NCBI GenBank assembly: GCA_910586275.1 | Contig: CAJUIM010000002.1 | Span: forward strand, 3,832-67,831 | DNA: 64,000 nucleotides | Direction of reading: 5' to 3' | From: an uncultured Lachnospiraceae bacterium | GTDB taxonomy: Bacteria > Bacillota > Clostridia > Lachnospirales > Lachnospiraceae | Shown here: in pieces, positions 16,894 to 27,016 of the stretch | Layout of the letters: every line of letters starts with the position of its first letter | Numbering within the stretch: position 1 is the stretch's first letter | Notes under the pieces: model-generated | Seen by the model: only the letters and a program-made list of their open reading frames with translations | What the model was told of the DNA's origin: nothing | The model's database searches: none | Made by a program: the position numbers and the translations under genes

Positions 16894-16937
16894 TTTAAAA
16901 AACATTGAGATAATAAGGATTTTCTAGTAGTATATGC

Positions 16938-16961
16938 GGGTTCGAATCCCACACTCTCCGC
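16938..16961 (+). other. Prophage att core: 3' fragment of a tRNA, probably tRNA-Ser
   Basis: GGGTTCGAATCCCACACTCTCCGC is a T-arm plus acceptor 3' strand with no 5' half, just after int. Confidence 0.8.
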
Positions 16962-16971
16962 TTTATTATGC

Positions 16972-17022
16972 CCCCGGTATTTATGCCTGATGTTCAAGTA
17001 TCCGCATAAATACCGGGGTTTT
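16972..17022 (+). terminator. Stem-loop after the att fragment
   Basis: CCCCGGTATTTATGC...GCATAAATACCGGGG followed by a T run. Confidence 0.65.
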
Positions 17023-17145
17023 ATATTATTGATTATCCATTGACTGACCCTAGTGATTGACAGACAAACAGTTCAACGGTTTTGTAAGCTTTCTGTTAGA
17101 CGCTCTGAAAGATGCAATGGAAGAAAAGGAATGCGAGAAGAATGC

Positions 17146-17251
17146 TTGTGCCAAATTCAAGCTACATAGCCCACTATGCGCTCCTCATTTGGCACAAATC
17201 TCCCACAAAAGTGGCGCACATCTGCCGAACAGCAATTTTTTAACACGCTCT
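17146..17251 (-). repeat. Partial copy of the 165 bp MITE-like repeat
   Basis: Aligns by eye to the reverse complement of 60152-60316. Confidence 0.8.
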
Positions 17252-17260
17252 GCCCCGTCT

Positions 17261-19243
17261 TTATGAAAGCATTCCCTCTTTCAGTATATTGTGATCCTGC
17301 AGTACTTTTTCTATCACGGTGCCTTTTATCACATGAAGAATAGGTTTTTTCAGTGCATTGAGAGGGCCGGGAAGTTCGATTTCCAGCGGCGATTTTCCGT
17401 CCATAAGTTTTACCGTGCTGTCCAGCAATTCCCGGATATCATATACGCTGCCCCATACTTCCGGCACGCCGCGGTCTACGCCAAGCAGTCCGTACACTGC
17501 TTCCATAGCTGTCCTTACCGAATATTCGGTAGTAAAGACAGTGTCCCTAGGTGTCTCCGCAAACTGCCCTAAAAAAGCAAAGTTAACACATCCGTCCGGA
17601 ATGACATCCGGGCGGTCGCCTTTTGCCCTAGGCATAAAGAATGCCGTAATATATGGCATCATGGTCGGCACGCATACTGCACTGTTTTCTGCCAAGTCAG
17701 GAATTTGTTCTTCCGGAACGCCCAGATGGTACAGCCATTCTTCCGTAATTTCCTTGCCGGTACATTCCCGCATGGGTTTTTTTATGAAATCACCCGGCAC
17801 ATCGGTAAACAGGCCATATACCCATACGCACACTTTATCCTTATCCTGCTCTTTGAACTGTCCCTGCCTGTTGATCGTCCAGCTCATCAGCCAGCCGGAA
17901 TCCTGACAGCTGACAATGCCGCCGGTCACTACTTTCCCGCTCTTAGGGTCACGTTTGCATATATTTGTGATATATGGCAGGATTTTGTCATCCAAAGTGG
18001 TAACCGTTGCCGACTCCCAATTTGTTTTCGCCACATCGGAGCAGAATTTCTCCGGATGTCCGAAAGAAGGGTCTTGCTTTGCAATGTTTTTCCACAGGCT
18101 CCAGCATCCGCTGGTTCTTACCTCCGCATCCCCATTGGGCGCATGGTTTTGGTCGCCGTATACGGTGCCTTCGGTACAGCTTCCGTTAGTCACAAACACT
18201 AAATCATCTTCGGTCAGGGTAATCCCCTTTTCTATTCCTTTCACTTTACATTCAATGGTCTTCGCAATCTTCTTTCCGTTTTCCTTTTCAAAGATTACAT
18301 TGGTCACTTCCGTATTGAACTGGAAGTCAACGCCTGCTTCCTCCAGATATTTCTGCATCGGAAGTATCAGGGATTCATACTGATTGTATTTTGTGAACTT
18401 TAATGCGCTGAAATCCGGAAGCCCGGCAATATGGTGAATGAATCTCTGGAAATATAATTTCATTTCCAATGCGCTATGCCAGTTTTCAAAGGCAAACATT
18501 GTCCTCCAATATAACCAGAAAGTAGAATCGAATACTTCCTTGTCAAATACATCTTCTATTGTCTTATCGTATAAGTCTTCGTCCTTCGTCATGAACAATT
18601 TCATAATTTCCATGCAGCCTTTTTGGCTCAGGTTGAATTTTCCGTCTGTATGGGCATCTTCGCCACGGTTCATAGTCGCTCTGCAGAGAGAATAGTTGGG
18701 ATCCTCTTTATTCAGCCAGTAATATTCGTCCAATACGGATACTCCCGGTGTCTCTATGGACGGAATGCTGCGGAACAAGTCCCAAAGGCATTCAAAGTGA
18801 TTTTCCATCTCCCGGCCGCCGCGCATTACATATCCCCTAGAGGCATCATAGATTCCGTCACAGGCTCCTCCTGCTATATCCATGGCTTCCAAAATATGAA
18901 TATGCGAGCCTGGCATCTGCCCGTCGCGTACCAAGAAACACGCAGCGGACAATGCTGCCAGCCCGCTTCCTACTATATATGCATTCTTCCCTTCCACGCC
19001 TTCCGGCTTTCTGGGTCTTGCAAATGCTTCATAATTTCCGTTTGTATAATAAATCCCTTTACTGTTTTTCTCGTTTTTCCCTCTTTCCGTATTGCGGTAC
19101 TCCGTTTTATCAGCCGCTGCATGAGATGCTCTCTCTTCTGCTTTCTTTTCCGCTTTTTTATGATTTTTTGCCGCAATTGCCGCTGCGCCTGCCCCTGCTG
19201 CCAATGCCGCTACGCCCAATCCGATATTTTTTTTACTTGCCAT
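17261..19243 (-). CDS. ohyA: Oleate hydratase (MCRA family)
   Basis: AYIVGSGLAALS FAD motif, RGGREM, VFTTEYSVRTA. Confidence 0.95.
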   Translation of the reverse strand: MASKKNIGLGVAALAAGAGAAAIAAKNHKKAEKKAEERASHAAADKTEYRNTERGKNEKNSKGIYYTNGNYEAFARPRKPEGVEGKNAYIVGSGLAALSAACFLVRDGQMPGSHIHILEAMDIAGGACDGIYDASRGYVMRGGREMENHFECLWDLFRSIPSIETPGVSVLDEYYWLNKEDPNYSLCRATMNRGEDAHTDGKFNLSQKGCMEIMKLFMTKDEDLYDKTIEDVFDKEVFDSTFWLYWRTMFAFENWHSALEMKLYFQRFIHHIAGLPDFSALKFTKYNQYESLILPMQKYLEEAGVDFQFNTEVTNVIFEKENGKKIAKTIECKVKGIEKGITLTEDDLVFVTNGSCTEGTVYGDQNHAPNGDAEVRTSGCWSLWKNIAKQDPSFGHPEKFCSDVAKTNWESATVTTLDDKILPYITNICKRDPKSGKVVTGGIVSCQDSGWLMSWTINRQGQFKEQDKDKVCVWVYGLFTDVPGDFIKKPMRECTGKEITEEWLYHLGVPEEQIPDLAENSAVCVPTMMPYITAFFMPRAKGDRPDVIPDGCVNFAFLGQFAETPRDTVFTTEYSVRTAMEAVYGLLGVDRGVPEVWGSVYDIRELLDSTVKLMDGKSPLEIELPGPLNALKKPILHVIKGTVIEKVLQDHNILKEGMLS

Positions 19244-19324
19244 ATTCTTTTCCACCTTTCCTGTTTATATCTGTTTTGCTCCATGTCCTTATTCTATTCT
19301 TTCCGTTTTTCTTTTTCTATTTAC

Positions 19325-19367
19325 AAAACAGGCGGAATGATAAAAAATTTATCATTCCGCCTGTTTT
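19325..19367. terminator. Palindromic terminator
   Basis: AAAACAGGCGGAATGATAAA...TTTATCATTCCGCCTGTTTT. Confidence 0.7.
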
Positions 19368-19390
19368 GATAAAGCGCATACCCAACATGC

Positions 19391-19957
19391 CTAATTCTTT
19401 TTCATCCGTTCAAAATTGTGGATGGAATTTGTAATGTTCCCATGGAGCGCAATTCCTATTTTATTTACGATTACTTTATAGTCCTCTTTCATGCCGCGGT
19501 CGATCCAATCCAAAATAATCCCGACAAAGCCATATTTATAAAATTCGGCAACAAAGGCTTTATCCTCCTCCGCCACATCTGTCCCGGCGCATATTTCACC
19601 GACTACGTCTGCAATCAGCCCGTAAGTAAGCTTATACAGATAATTTTCTATTTTTTCCTTATTGACGGAACGGTAAACATTGAGAATAAACGGCTTATTC
19701 TCCAAAACCGCCTCGAAAATCTGAAGCATCCCTTCCTGCCAAGTATCATATGTTTTCTTCCCCTGAAGCGCGCGTTTGCCGTCTTCTATGCACACCCATT
19801 CCACCAAATCATAAATATCTTTAAAATGATAGTAGAATGACATCCTGCTGATGCCGCAGTCCGATGTCAGGTCGTTAATCGTTATTTTATCCAACGGCTT
19901 ATGAAGCAGCATGTTCCTCAAGGATGCTTCCAATGCCAGTTTCGTCGCATTTGACAT
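19391..19957 (-). CDS. TetR/AcrR regulator (DhaS-like)
   Basis: KITINDLTSDCGISRMSFYYHFKDIYDL. Confidence 0.9.
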   Translation of the reverse strand: MSNATKLALEASLRNMLLHKPLDKITINDLTSDCGISRMSFYYHFKDIYDLVEWVCIEDGKRALQGKKTYDTWQEGMLQIFEAVLENKPFILNVYRSVNKEKIENYLYKLTYGLIADVVGEICAGTDVAEEDKAFVAEFYKYGFVGIILDWIDRGMKEDYKVIVNKIGIALHGNITNSIHNFERMKKN

Positions 19958-19959
19958 AA

Positions 19960-21621
19960 CTATTTCCTGGAGCCTTTCAGCCGGAACATACATGTCAGAT
20001 TCTTCAGCATATTGGCCTGTGCGCTAAGCTCCTCGCTGGTTGCCGCACTCTCCTGAGCCGTAGCGGAATTGGTCTGCACCACGCTGGAAATCTGGCTGAT
20101 GCTTTCCTGAATGTCCACAATGGACTGTGCCTGTGTCCGGGATGTCTCTGCAATATGGTTTGTAGTTTCCATAACTTCGCTTGCCCCGGCTACCACGGAA
20201 GCCAGCTGAGACGCAGTTTCGTTCACGATCAGCGTGCCATGCTCTACCTTTTCTATGGAACGTGCAATCAGTTTTGCGGTGGACTTAGATGCCTCCGCAC
20301 TCTTGCTTGCCAATGCCCGCACTTCCTCTGCCACTACGGCAAAGCCTTTTCCTGCCTCGCCTGCCCTGGCCGCTTCCACTGCGGCATTCAGCGCAAGAAT
20401 ATTTGTCTGGGAGGCAATGCTCTCAATAGTCTTAATAATCTTGCTGATTTCATTGGAACTGTCGTTGATTTCCTGCATAGCATCAATCATTTCCTGCATC
20501 TTCTGATTGCTTTCCATGATCTGTTCCCCGACCAGTTCCACATACTTACTTGCCTGCTCCGCATTTTCCGCCGACTTCGTCACGTTCTGGGAGATTTCCC
20601 GCATGTTCATTTCCAATGCTTCCACCGTACTGGCCTGCTCTACTGCCCCTTGGCTCAATGCCTGTGCGCCTACGGATACCTGTTCGGCACCGCCGGAAAC
20701 ATATTCCGTGCTTTCCACAATCTGCGCCATGGTACTGTTCAGTTTCGTAAGTATATCATCCAGTGATTTCTTTATGGAAGCAAAATCACCCACATAATCC
20801 TGCTTCGTTCCGGCTGTCAGATCCCCATCCGAAATAGCCGCCAGTATCGTAGAAATTTCACCTATGTACCCTCTCAGGGTATGTATCATATTTTTAAAGA
20901 TAACCCCTAGGTGGCCGATTTCATCATTGGAACGTATGCTCACTTCCATTTGCTTATTGGAATCGAGTCCCAATTCGCCCCGTTCCATCGTCTGAGCCAG
21001 ATTCGTCAGTTTCGACAGCGGCTTGGAAACGGAATGAATGATAAAAATCGACATAATCACTACGCTGATGACAACCAGCACACACCCTACCAAAGTTGCC
21101 ATCCGCACCGTTTCATCGATCTGCTGAGTAGCCGTTTCCACGGAAATGCCGCAGAAAATCAGCCCGTCAATCTGCCCATTCTCATCTCTGGTAGGTACAT
21201 AGGAGCAAAGATGTTCCACACCCAGAATTTCCATGGTTCCGACATAACTCTCTCCCTGTTCCAATATTTTCACCTTCAGATTCTCCGAAAGTTTTGTCCC
21301 TACGGCACGTTCCCCGTCTTTCACAATGGTAGTATATGCCCTCTCATCTCCGCGGAAAATCGTAAACTCACACCGCATCAGTTCTTTCAGTTCGTCCAGC
21401 ATCTCTGTTTTATCTTCCGGCCCTTGGTAATCATCCAATTCATATGCCAGCATATTCGTTCCGTTGACACACCGGTCATGCAGCATATCCATCGCCAGGC
21501 TGGTAAACATAGCAACACATAGACGTACTACCAGAAAAATGCTGACTGCCAACAGACACACTACAATTAAGTTTACTTTGTTTCCTAAATGGCGTACTTT
21601 TCTGTTTTTTTCATCCTTCAT
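19960..21621 (-). CDS. Methyl-accepting chemotaxis protein
   Basis: Two TM helices, Cache-like sensor, [34 protein letters not shown]. Confidence 0.95.
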   Translation of the reverse strand: MKDEKNRKVRHLGNKVNLIVVCLLAVSIFLVVRLCVAMFTSLAMDMLHDRCVNGTNMLAYELDDYQGPEDKTEMLDELKELMRCEFTIFRGDERAYTTIVKDGERAVGTKLSENLKVKILEQGESYVGTMEILGVEHLCSYVPTRDENGQIDGLIFCGISVETATQQIDETVRMATLVGCVLVVISVVIMSIFIIHSVSKPLSKLTNLAQTMERGELGLDSNKQMEVSIRSNDEIGHLGVIFKNMIHTLRGYIGEISTILAAISDGDLTAGTKQDYVGDFASIKKSLDDILTKLNSTMAQIVESTEYVSGGAEQVSVGAQALSQGAVEQASTVEALEMNMREISQNVTKSAENAEQASKYVELVGEQIMESNQKMQEMIDAMQEINDSSNEISKIIKTIESIASQTNILALNAAVEAARAGEAGKGFAVVAEEVRALASKSAEASKSTAKLIARSIEKVEHGTLIVNETASQLASVVAGASEVMETTNHIAETSRTQAQSIVDIQESISQISSVVQTNSATAQESAATSEELSAQANMLKNLTCMFRLKGSRK

Positions 21622-21755
21622 CTCAATCCCTTGCCTTTCTTGTCTCCTGCATATTCAGATTGCAGACAAATATTTTTCTGGGAGAAAGCCCAGTCTATTC
21701 TATATTATCCATTCTTCGGGAAAAATGCAATAGTATATTTTAGTTTGGCATAAAA

Positions 21756-21808
21756 CTGAAAATTGCTTTCCGGCAGATGTGCGTCACAATTTGTGAGAGA
21801 TTTGTGCC
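21756..21808 (+). repeat. Partial MITE-like repeat copy
   Basis: CTGAAAATTGCTTTCCGGCAGATGTGCGTCACAATTTG. Confidence 0.75.
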
Positions 21809-21831
21809 CCTTGTGAAAAATCGGGAAAATA

Positions 21832-22959
21832 TCACAATTGGGCTTTGCATTTCTCTATTATGCCGGCCATCTGGCTCCACTTCTTTTCCATATCCGCTAC
21901 CAGCTTGAACTGCGTCCTTGCCCGGTCTAAGTTATGGTTTTCCCTATGGATTTTAAAGTAAGTGTCTCCTTCCAGAAAGTCTGCCAGAAAGCGTATGCCG
22001 CACTCATAAGTCATAAGTTTTGCCCCCATCGGCAGCATCTCTATTTCTTTCTCCGTAAGACTTCCGCTGCAGCCTTCCAAAAATCCCTTCACATATGCCT
22101 CGAACAGCGAAAGATCCAATTCTACCTTATCAAGATCCTTTTCATCCTCGTCCCCTGTGCTTGCACCGAAGCGGATAGAATCCCCGAAATCATACAGGGA
22201 CAAGCCCGGCATCACTGTATCCAAATCTATTACGCACAGCACTTCTTTCGTGCTGCTGTCAAACAGGATGTTATTCAGTTTCGTGTCATTATGGGTAACA
22301 CGCAGAGGCAGTTCCCCTGCCTGCAAAAGTTCTGTCAGCACGGAAGTCTCGTTTTCTCTCGCTAAGGCAAATGCAATCTCTTTCTCCGCCAAAGCTGCCC
22401 GCCCCATCTTATCTTCTTCCACCGCCCGCTTAAAGTTCCTGAAACGGGAAGGCGTATTGTGGAAATCAGGAATGGTTTCATGAAGTTTTTCCACCGGAAA
22501 GTCTGCCAGTTTCCTTTGGAAACAGCCAAAAGCCACCGCGCTGTCATGGAAATCTTTGGCAGATTCTACCTTTTCCAGACAGAGAGCCCCTTCCATAAAC
22601 TGGAACATTCTCCAGTAATTATGGTTACTGTCCTCATAATAGGATTTTCCTTCTTTTGTCATAATCACGTTTAAGGTTTCTCTTTCCGCATCCCTCCCCT
22701 GCTCAATCGCTTTCTTACGGAGATATTCCGTCACGTTCACCACATTCTCCATTAGCTGATGGGGATTCTTGAAAATTTCGTGGTTCATCCTCTGCAGAAT
22801 ATACCGTTTCGCTGTTTCACCGGGTCTTTCGTAAGTAAGCAAAAATGTATCGTTAATATGGCCGTTCCCATATGGCTGTTTTGCCGTCAGCCTGCCTTCC
22901 GTGGCAAATTGGGCTATTGCTTCTTCGATTTGACTGTTTACCGTATTTTCCATATTCAT
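21832..22959 (-). CDS. APH-family kinase, N-acetylhexosamine 1-kinase-like
   Basis: YGNGHINDTF, VTHNDTKLNN, VIDLDTVMPG. Confidence 0.85.
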   Translation of the reverse strand: MNMENTVNSQIEEAIAQFATEGRLTAKQPYGNGHINDTFLLTYERPGETAKRYILQRMNHEIFKNPHQLMENVVNVTEYLRKKAIEQGRDAERETLNVIMTKEGKSYYEDSNHNYWRMFQFMEGALCLEKVESAKDFHDSAVAFGCFQRKLADFPVEKLHETIPDFHNTPSRFRNFKRAVEEDKMGRAALAEKEIAFALARENETSVLTELLQAGELPLRVTHNDTKLNNILFDSSTKEVLCVIDLDTVMPGLSLYDFGDSIRFGASTGDEDEKDLDKVELDLSLFEAYVKGFLEGCSGSLTEKEIEMLPMGAKLMTYECGIRFLADFLEGDTYFKIHRENHNLDRARTQFKLVADMEKKWSQMAGIIEKCKAQL

Positions 22960-23080
22960 AAACTCTCCTTAACCGTCAATCCGCTGCAACCAGCGGATGT
23001 CCCATTTTATTTCCATCGTTCTTTTCATATATTTATAAACTCAGCAACCCCGCCACAAACGGCGGGGTTATCTCTTTACT

Positions 23081-23704
23081 TTAATTTTCTCTATACCCAC
23101 GGATGAAAAGAAATACTCCCACTGCCACAAGCGCTACGCCTATGAGAAACAGTACCCGGACAGCCGTAAAGCTTCTGAACTGAATCACCAGCGGATCTCC
23201 CATCTCCTCAATTTCACTTTCCGTATAATCCATCTCCCTCAGATATCCCTTATAATATTCGGCCAACTGCTCTTCCATGACTTCTACGCTTCCCGCCATA
23301 TGTACAGTCGTCGTAGGTTCTACGCCGCCCATCAGAAATTCATAAGTCTCATCGGTTATTTGAGCCATAACGTCCACATCTGCCTGACGCCCTTTCAATC
23401 CGATATAGCCGTCTGCGGTAGGAATCATGTAATATCTTCCGTTGGCCTTATCCCCGCTTCTGCTGCCGTCCGAACGTTTTGTATAAGTACTTTCCGATGC
23501 AAAGTAATCCAACACATAAATTACGTCCCCTTCCACATGAGAACCAGCCTTAACTTCTTTTCCGTCCAGCATGTCTTGAAAGCTGATGGCAGGCTTAAAG
23601 GAAATAATGAAGTCTTTTCCGGCATTGAACAGCATTGTGACGCCGATTGCCAGAAGGATCAGTATGTTCATACTGAATGCGCCGATTAGTCTTTTGAAAC
23701 TCAT
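23081..23704 (-). CDS. Membrane protein of unknown function
   Basis: N- and C-terminal TM helices; GAGGAG RBS. Confidence 0.75.
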   Translation of the reverse strand: MSFKRLIGAFSMNILILLAIGVTMLFNAGKDFIISFKPAISFQDMLDGKEVKAGSHVEGDVIYVLDYFASESTYTKRSDGSRSGDKANGRYYMIPTADGYIGLKGRQADVDVMAQITDETYEFLMGGVEPTTTVHMAGSVEVMEEQLAEYYKGYLREMDYTESEIEEMGDPLVIQFRSFTAVRVLFLIGVALVAVGVFLFIRGYREN

Positions 23705-23798
23705 TGTTACTCTCCTCTCTTTCTCCCTTGTGTCTTACTTTTACGGCAGATACCGTCACCCTGTCCATGCCCTTCCTTCCGCCATAAAAATGACCAGT

Positions 23799-24677
23799 TT
23801 ATAATAGTTTATCAATCGTTTGAGTGCATGATACCATGTTTTCATGTGTCATGTCAATATCCATGCTTCCTGACCGGAATCCTTCCAAATCCAACGCAAT
23901 ATATGTGTATCCCACCTCCTTCAGAAAGGCGGCAATCTGATCCTTCTGTGCCATAATTTTGGAAAAATCTCCCTCATCCGCTTCAATCCGCGCCACAGTC
24001 TCATGCACCCGGAGCCTTACGTTGCCAAGCCCCAATGATTTCAGATAGATTTCTCCTTTTTCAGCCTGCTGTATTTTCTCATAAGTTAAGGAAGTTCCGT
24101 AAGGGAATCTGGTGGCAAGACAGGGAGCGGCAGGCTTTGCAGCCACCGACAGTCCATACTCCGCCGCCATTTGCCGTACCTCTGCTTTCGTCATATGAGT
24201 CTCCGCCAGAGGGCTTGCAATCCGCAGTTCTTTCAGTGCCTTTATGCCCGGGCGGTATACATGAAGGTCGTCTTCATTCGTCCCCTCCAATATGACAGGA
24301 ATGCCCATTTGAGCTGCCCGTTCCTTTATTTTGCGGAACAGATACTTTTTGCAGCGGTAACACCGGTCTATGGGGTTCTCCGTAATGCCTGCTTCTTTCA
24401 GTTCGTCTATGAAAATTGCCATATGCAGAGCACCTGTCTCCTCCGCAATTTTCCTTGCTTCCTCCATTTCCCTGACAGGATGCATCCTCGTCTGAACGGT
24501 AATCCCATAGACCTTCTTTCCTGTTGTCCCTGCCGCCTCACAAGCCAGTTTCAGCAGCAAACTGCTGTCCACGCCGCCGGAAAAGGCCACGATAATATCC
24601 GTTTCCGCATATTGAGCCATCCGCTTCAAAAGCCCGTTTTTCTTCCTGCAAAAAATATCCTGCTCTTCTCTGCCCAC
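23799..24677 (-). CDS. larE: LarE sulfur insertase (nickel-pincer cofactor biosynthesis)
   Basis: PP-loop SGGVDS, RCYRCK, EGTNEDD..YRPG, PCLATRFPYG. Confidence 0.92.
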   Translation of the reverse strand: MGREEQDIFCRKKNGLLKRMAQYAETDIIVAFSGGVDSSLLLKLACEAAGTTGKKVYGITVQTRMHPVREMEEARKIAEETGALHMAIFIDELKEAGITENPIDRCYRCKKYLFRKIKERAAQMGIPVILEGTNEDDLHVYRPGIKALKELRIASPLAETHMTKAEVRQMAAEYGLSVAAKPAAPCLATRFPYGTSLTYEKIQQAEKGEIYLKSLGLGNVRLRVHETVARIEADEGDFSKIMAQKDQIAAFLKEVGYTYIALDLEGFRSGSMDIDMTHENMVSCTQTIDKLL

Positions 24678-24690
24678 TGCCGCCTCCCAA

Positions 24691-26076
24691 TCACTTGTAT
24701 CTGCTTCCTTCGTCCATAACCTGCTGCAATGTCATGCCGCTTTTTCCGGCCAGTTCTGCCGCACTCTCATATTCCGGGTAACATTTCTCACTTCCGTCGG
24801 GCAGTGTGCATCTTTTTATCGCCAGCTCGCCCCATGGCAGCATCACGCTGCCTATTTCTCTGCGCAGAACGGTTCGTTCCATCTGCACACGACGTATTCC
24901 AATGGTAGTGGTTTCCCGGAAAATAATCTGTTCCATTTCCGCTCTGCGCACCTCGTCACAAATAACATTCAGTTCATACGCCGGACGGTTTTTCTTCATG
25001 TAGGACGGCGTATAATATACGTCCCTTGCTCCCGCTTCCAGCAATTTCTGCATCACATATCCCAAAATCTCTCCCGTACAGTCGTCTATATTCGTCTCCA
25101 ATTTACAGATTGTATCCCGACGTTCCGCTTCGGTTTCTTCCAGCAGCATTGCGCGAAGCAGACTGGGCTTTTCATAATTACGCTTCCCCGCGCCGATTCC
25201 TGTCTGGGCGACAATAAATTCCTCCGGAAGCCTGCCGGATGTCCGTATGGCTGCCACGATTGCCGCCCCCGTAGGCGTTACCAGTTCCGCTTCCATATCC
25301 GTTATCCGCATGGGAATCCGGTGGGCCTGCACAATATTGGCCACCGCCGGAACCGGAACGGGAAGAATCCCGTGCTGGCATCGGATGCTCCCCCGCCCCT
25401 CATATACAAAAGGCACAATCACATCCGTCACATCCAAGCTATCCAGACACACCGCCACGGTAACTATATCCACAATGGAGTCCACTGCCCCCACTTCGTG
25501 AAAATGCACTTGCTCCTCCGGCAAGCCATGGGCTTTCGACTCTGCCTGCGCCAAAATGTGAAAAATACGGGCCGCCGTATCCTTTGCCCTGCCGGTCATC
25601 TCTGCCTGATCAATCATCTCCAATATCTCAGGCAGCCCCCTATGCTCATGCGCATATCCATCCGCATGAAGATGCCCATGGCCGGCGTGCCCATGGGGAT
25701 GCTCCCCACCCTCATGAAAATGCCCATGGCCCAGAGTTTCCTGCAAATTCCCTTCCGCGTGAAGATGCTCATGGCCGGCGTGCCCATGAGGATGCGCCGC
25801 TTCTTCCTCATGATGATGTCCGTGACTGCCGTGCCCAAATAAATAGTCCATATCATGGTCGTGATTCTCATGCTCCGTATCCAGTTTCACATAAAAGTCA
25901 CATACATCCAGACCAGCCTTTTTCACCCGCCGTATCTCTGTCTCAAGACCATGCACCGGCAGGCTTTTCAATGCCTTTTCCAGTGCCTCACGGTCCGCCC
26001 CCAAATCCAGCAGGGCCGCTGCCGTCATATCCCCGCTGATTCCGGAATTACATTCCAAATATAACGTCTTTCCCAT
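24691..26076 (-). CDS. larC: LarC nickel insertase
   Basis: SGISGDM, His-rich segment, VHFHEVGAVDSIVD, ELVTPTGAA, ETTTIGIR, PEYE. Confidence 0.95.
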   Translation of the reverse strand: MGKTLYLECNSGISGDMTAAALLDLGADREALEKALKSLPVHGLETEIRRVKKAGLDVCDFYVKLDTEHENHDHDMDYLFGHGSHGHHHEEEAAHPHGHAGHEHLHAEGNLQETLGHGHFHEGGEHPHGHAGHGHLHADGYAHEHRGLPEILEMIDQAEMTGRAKDTAARIFHILAQAESKAHGLPEEQVHFHEVGAVDSIVDIVTVAVCLDSLDVTDVIVPFVYEGRGSIRCQHGILPVPVPAVANIVQAHRIPMRITDMEAELVTPTGAAIVAAIRTSGRLPEEFIVAQTGIGAGKRNYEKPSLLRAMLLEETEAERRDTICKLETNIDDCTGEILGYVMQKLLEAGARDVYYTPSYMKKNRPAYELNVICDEVRRAEMEQIIFRETTTIGIRRVQMERTVLRREIGSVMLPWGELAIKRCTLPDGSEKCYPEYESAAELAGKSGMTLQQVMDEGSRYK

Positions 26077-26255
26077 CCTTCTCACTCCTCTTCCTCCCGC
26101 ACTCCGTCCTTCCGTAAATCGAAGTTACGCCCTGCCTGCCCCACGCCGTTGCGGCACCCATATTTCCTGTGGGCGCAGCGCATCGTCATGGAACGGACAG
26201 AGCGGAACTTTAATTTGCGGCCTTACGGAGCGCCGGTACATCGAATTCTCATTTA

Positions 26256-27011
26256 CTATGCCGAGGTACGTCCCAACCGATTAATCTGTGTTGCGATATA
26301 TCCTGCTCCATATCCGTTGTCTATATTCACCACCGCCACGCCGTTGGCACAGGAATTTATCATGGTGAGCAGCGCGGAAAGCCCGTGGAAGCTGGCTCCA
26401 TAGCCTACCGAAGTGGGTACCGCAATCACCGGACGGCTCACCAAGCCGCCCAGTACGCTGGCCAGCGCACCCTCCATGCCGGCTACCGCAATCACACAGT
26501 TTGCGTCCTGTATATCATCCAGTTTCGACAGCAGCCTGTGCAGACCGCTGACGCCCACGTCATAAATCCGGTCCACATTGCTCCCGAAATATTCCGCCGT
26601 CTGTGCCGCTTCTTCTGCCACCGGAATATCTGCCGTCCCCGCCGTGCAGACAGCCACCTTCCCGTAACGTTCCTTGCCTTCCTTTTCAATCTTCAGAATA
26701 TGGGATATTTCATCATAAACCACCTGAGGCAACGCTTCCCTGACCAGCTCATACTGCCGACGGTCCGCCCTTGTGCCAAAGGCTTCCCCGTTTTCCTCCC
26801 ACAGCTTGCGGTAAATGGAAATCAGATACTGGTCGGCTTTTCCGCTGCAATATACCACCTCCGGAAACCCGGAGCGGATTTCTCTTTGGGAATCCAGCTT
26901 CGCGTATCCCATCTCCTCATAAGACTGCTTCCTAAAATACTTCTCTGCCTCCCCCACAGACATGCTCCCGGCCCTCACCTGCTCCAAAACATCTCTCGCT
27001 TCCAAATGCAC
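26256..27011 (-). CDS. larB: LarB carboxylase/hydrolase
   Basis: TAGTADIPVAEEA, DVGVSGLHRL, AGMEGAL, VPTSVGYGA, VVNIDNGYGA. Confidence 0.95.
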   Translation of the reverse strand: MHLEARDVLEQVRAGSMSVGEAEKYFRKQSYEEMGYAKLDSQREIRSGFPEVVYCSGKADQYLISIYRKLWEENGEAFGTRADRRQYELVREALPQVVYDEISHILKIEKEGKERYGKVAVCTAGTADIPVAEEAAQTAEYFGSNVDRIYDVGVSGLHRLLSKLDDIQDANCVIAVAGMEGALASVLGGLVSRPVIAVPTSVGYGASFHGLSALLTMINSCANGVAVVNIDNGYGAGYIATQINRLGRTSA

Positions 27012-27016
27012 CCTCC

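Larger units (their letters stand above)
1..16961. mobile_element. Temperate prophage, early and lysogeny half (continues beyond the left edge)
   Basis: terS, HNH, MTase, replication initiator, RusA, RecT, Cro, CI, ImmA and integrase in typical Firmicutes siphophage order, ending at a tRNA 3' fragment. Confidence 0.95.

Noticed and set aside
16925..16965. Intact tRNA gene
   Set aside because: Only the T-arm and 3' acceptor strand are present; no D or anticodon arm upstream
24691..26076. Programmed frameshift in larC as in Lactiplantibacillus plantarum
   Set aside because: larC is one uninterrupted ORF here
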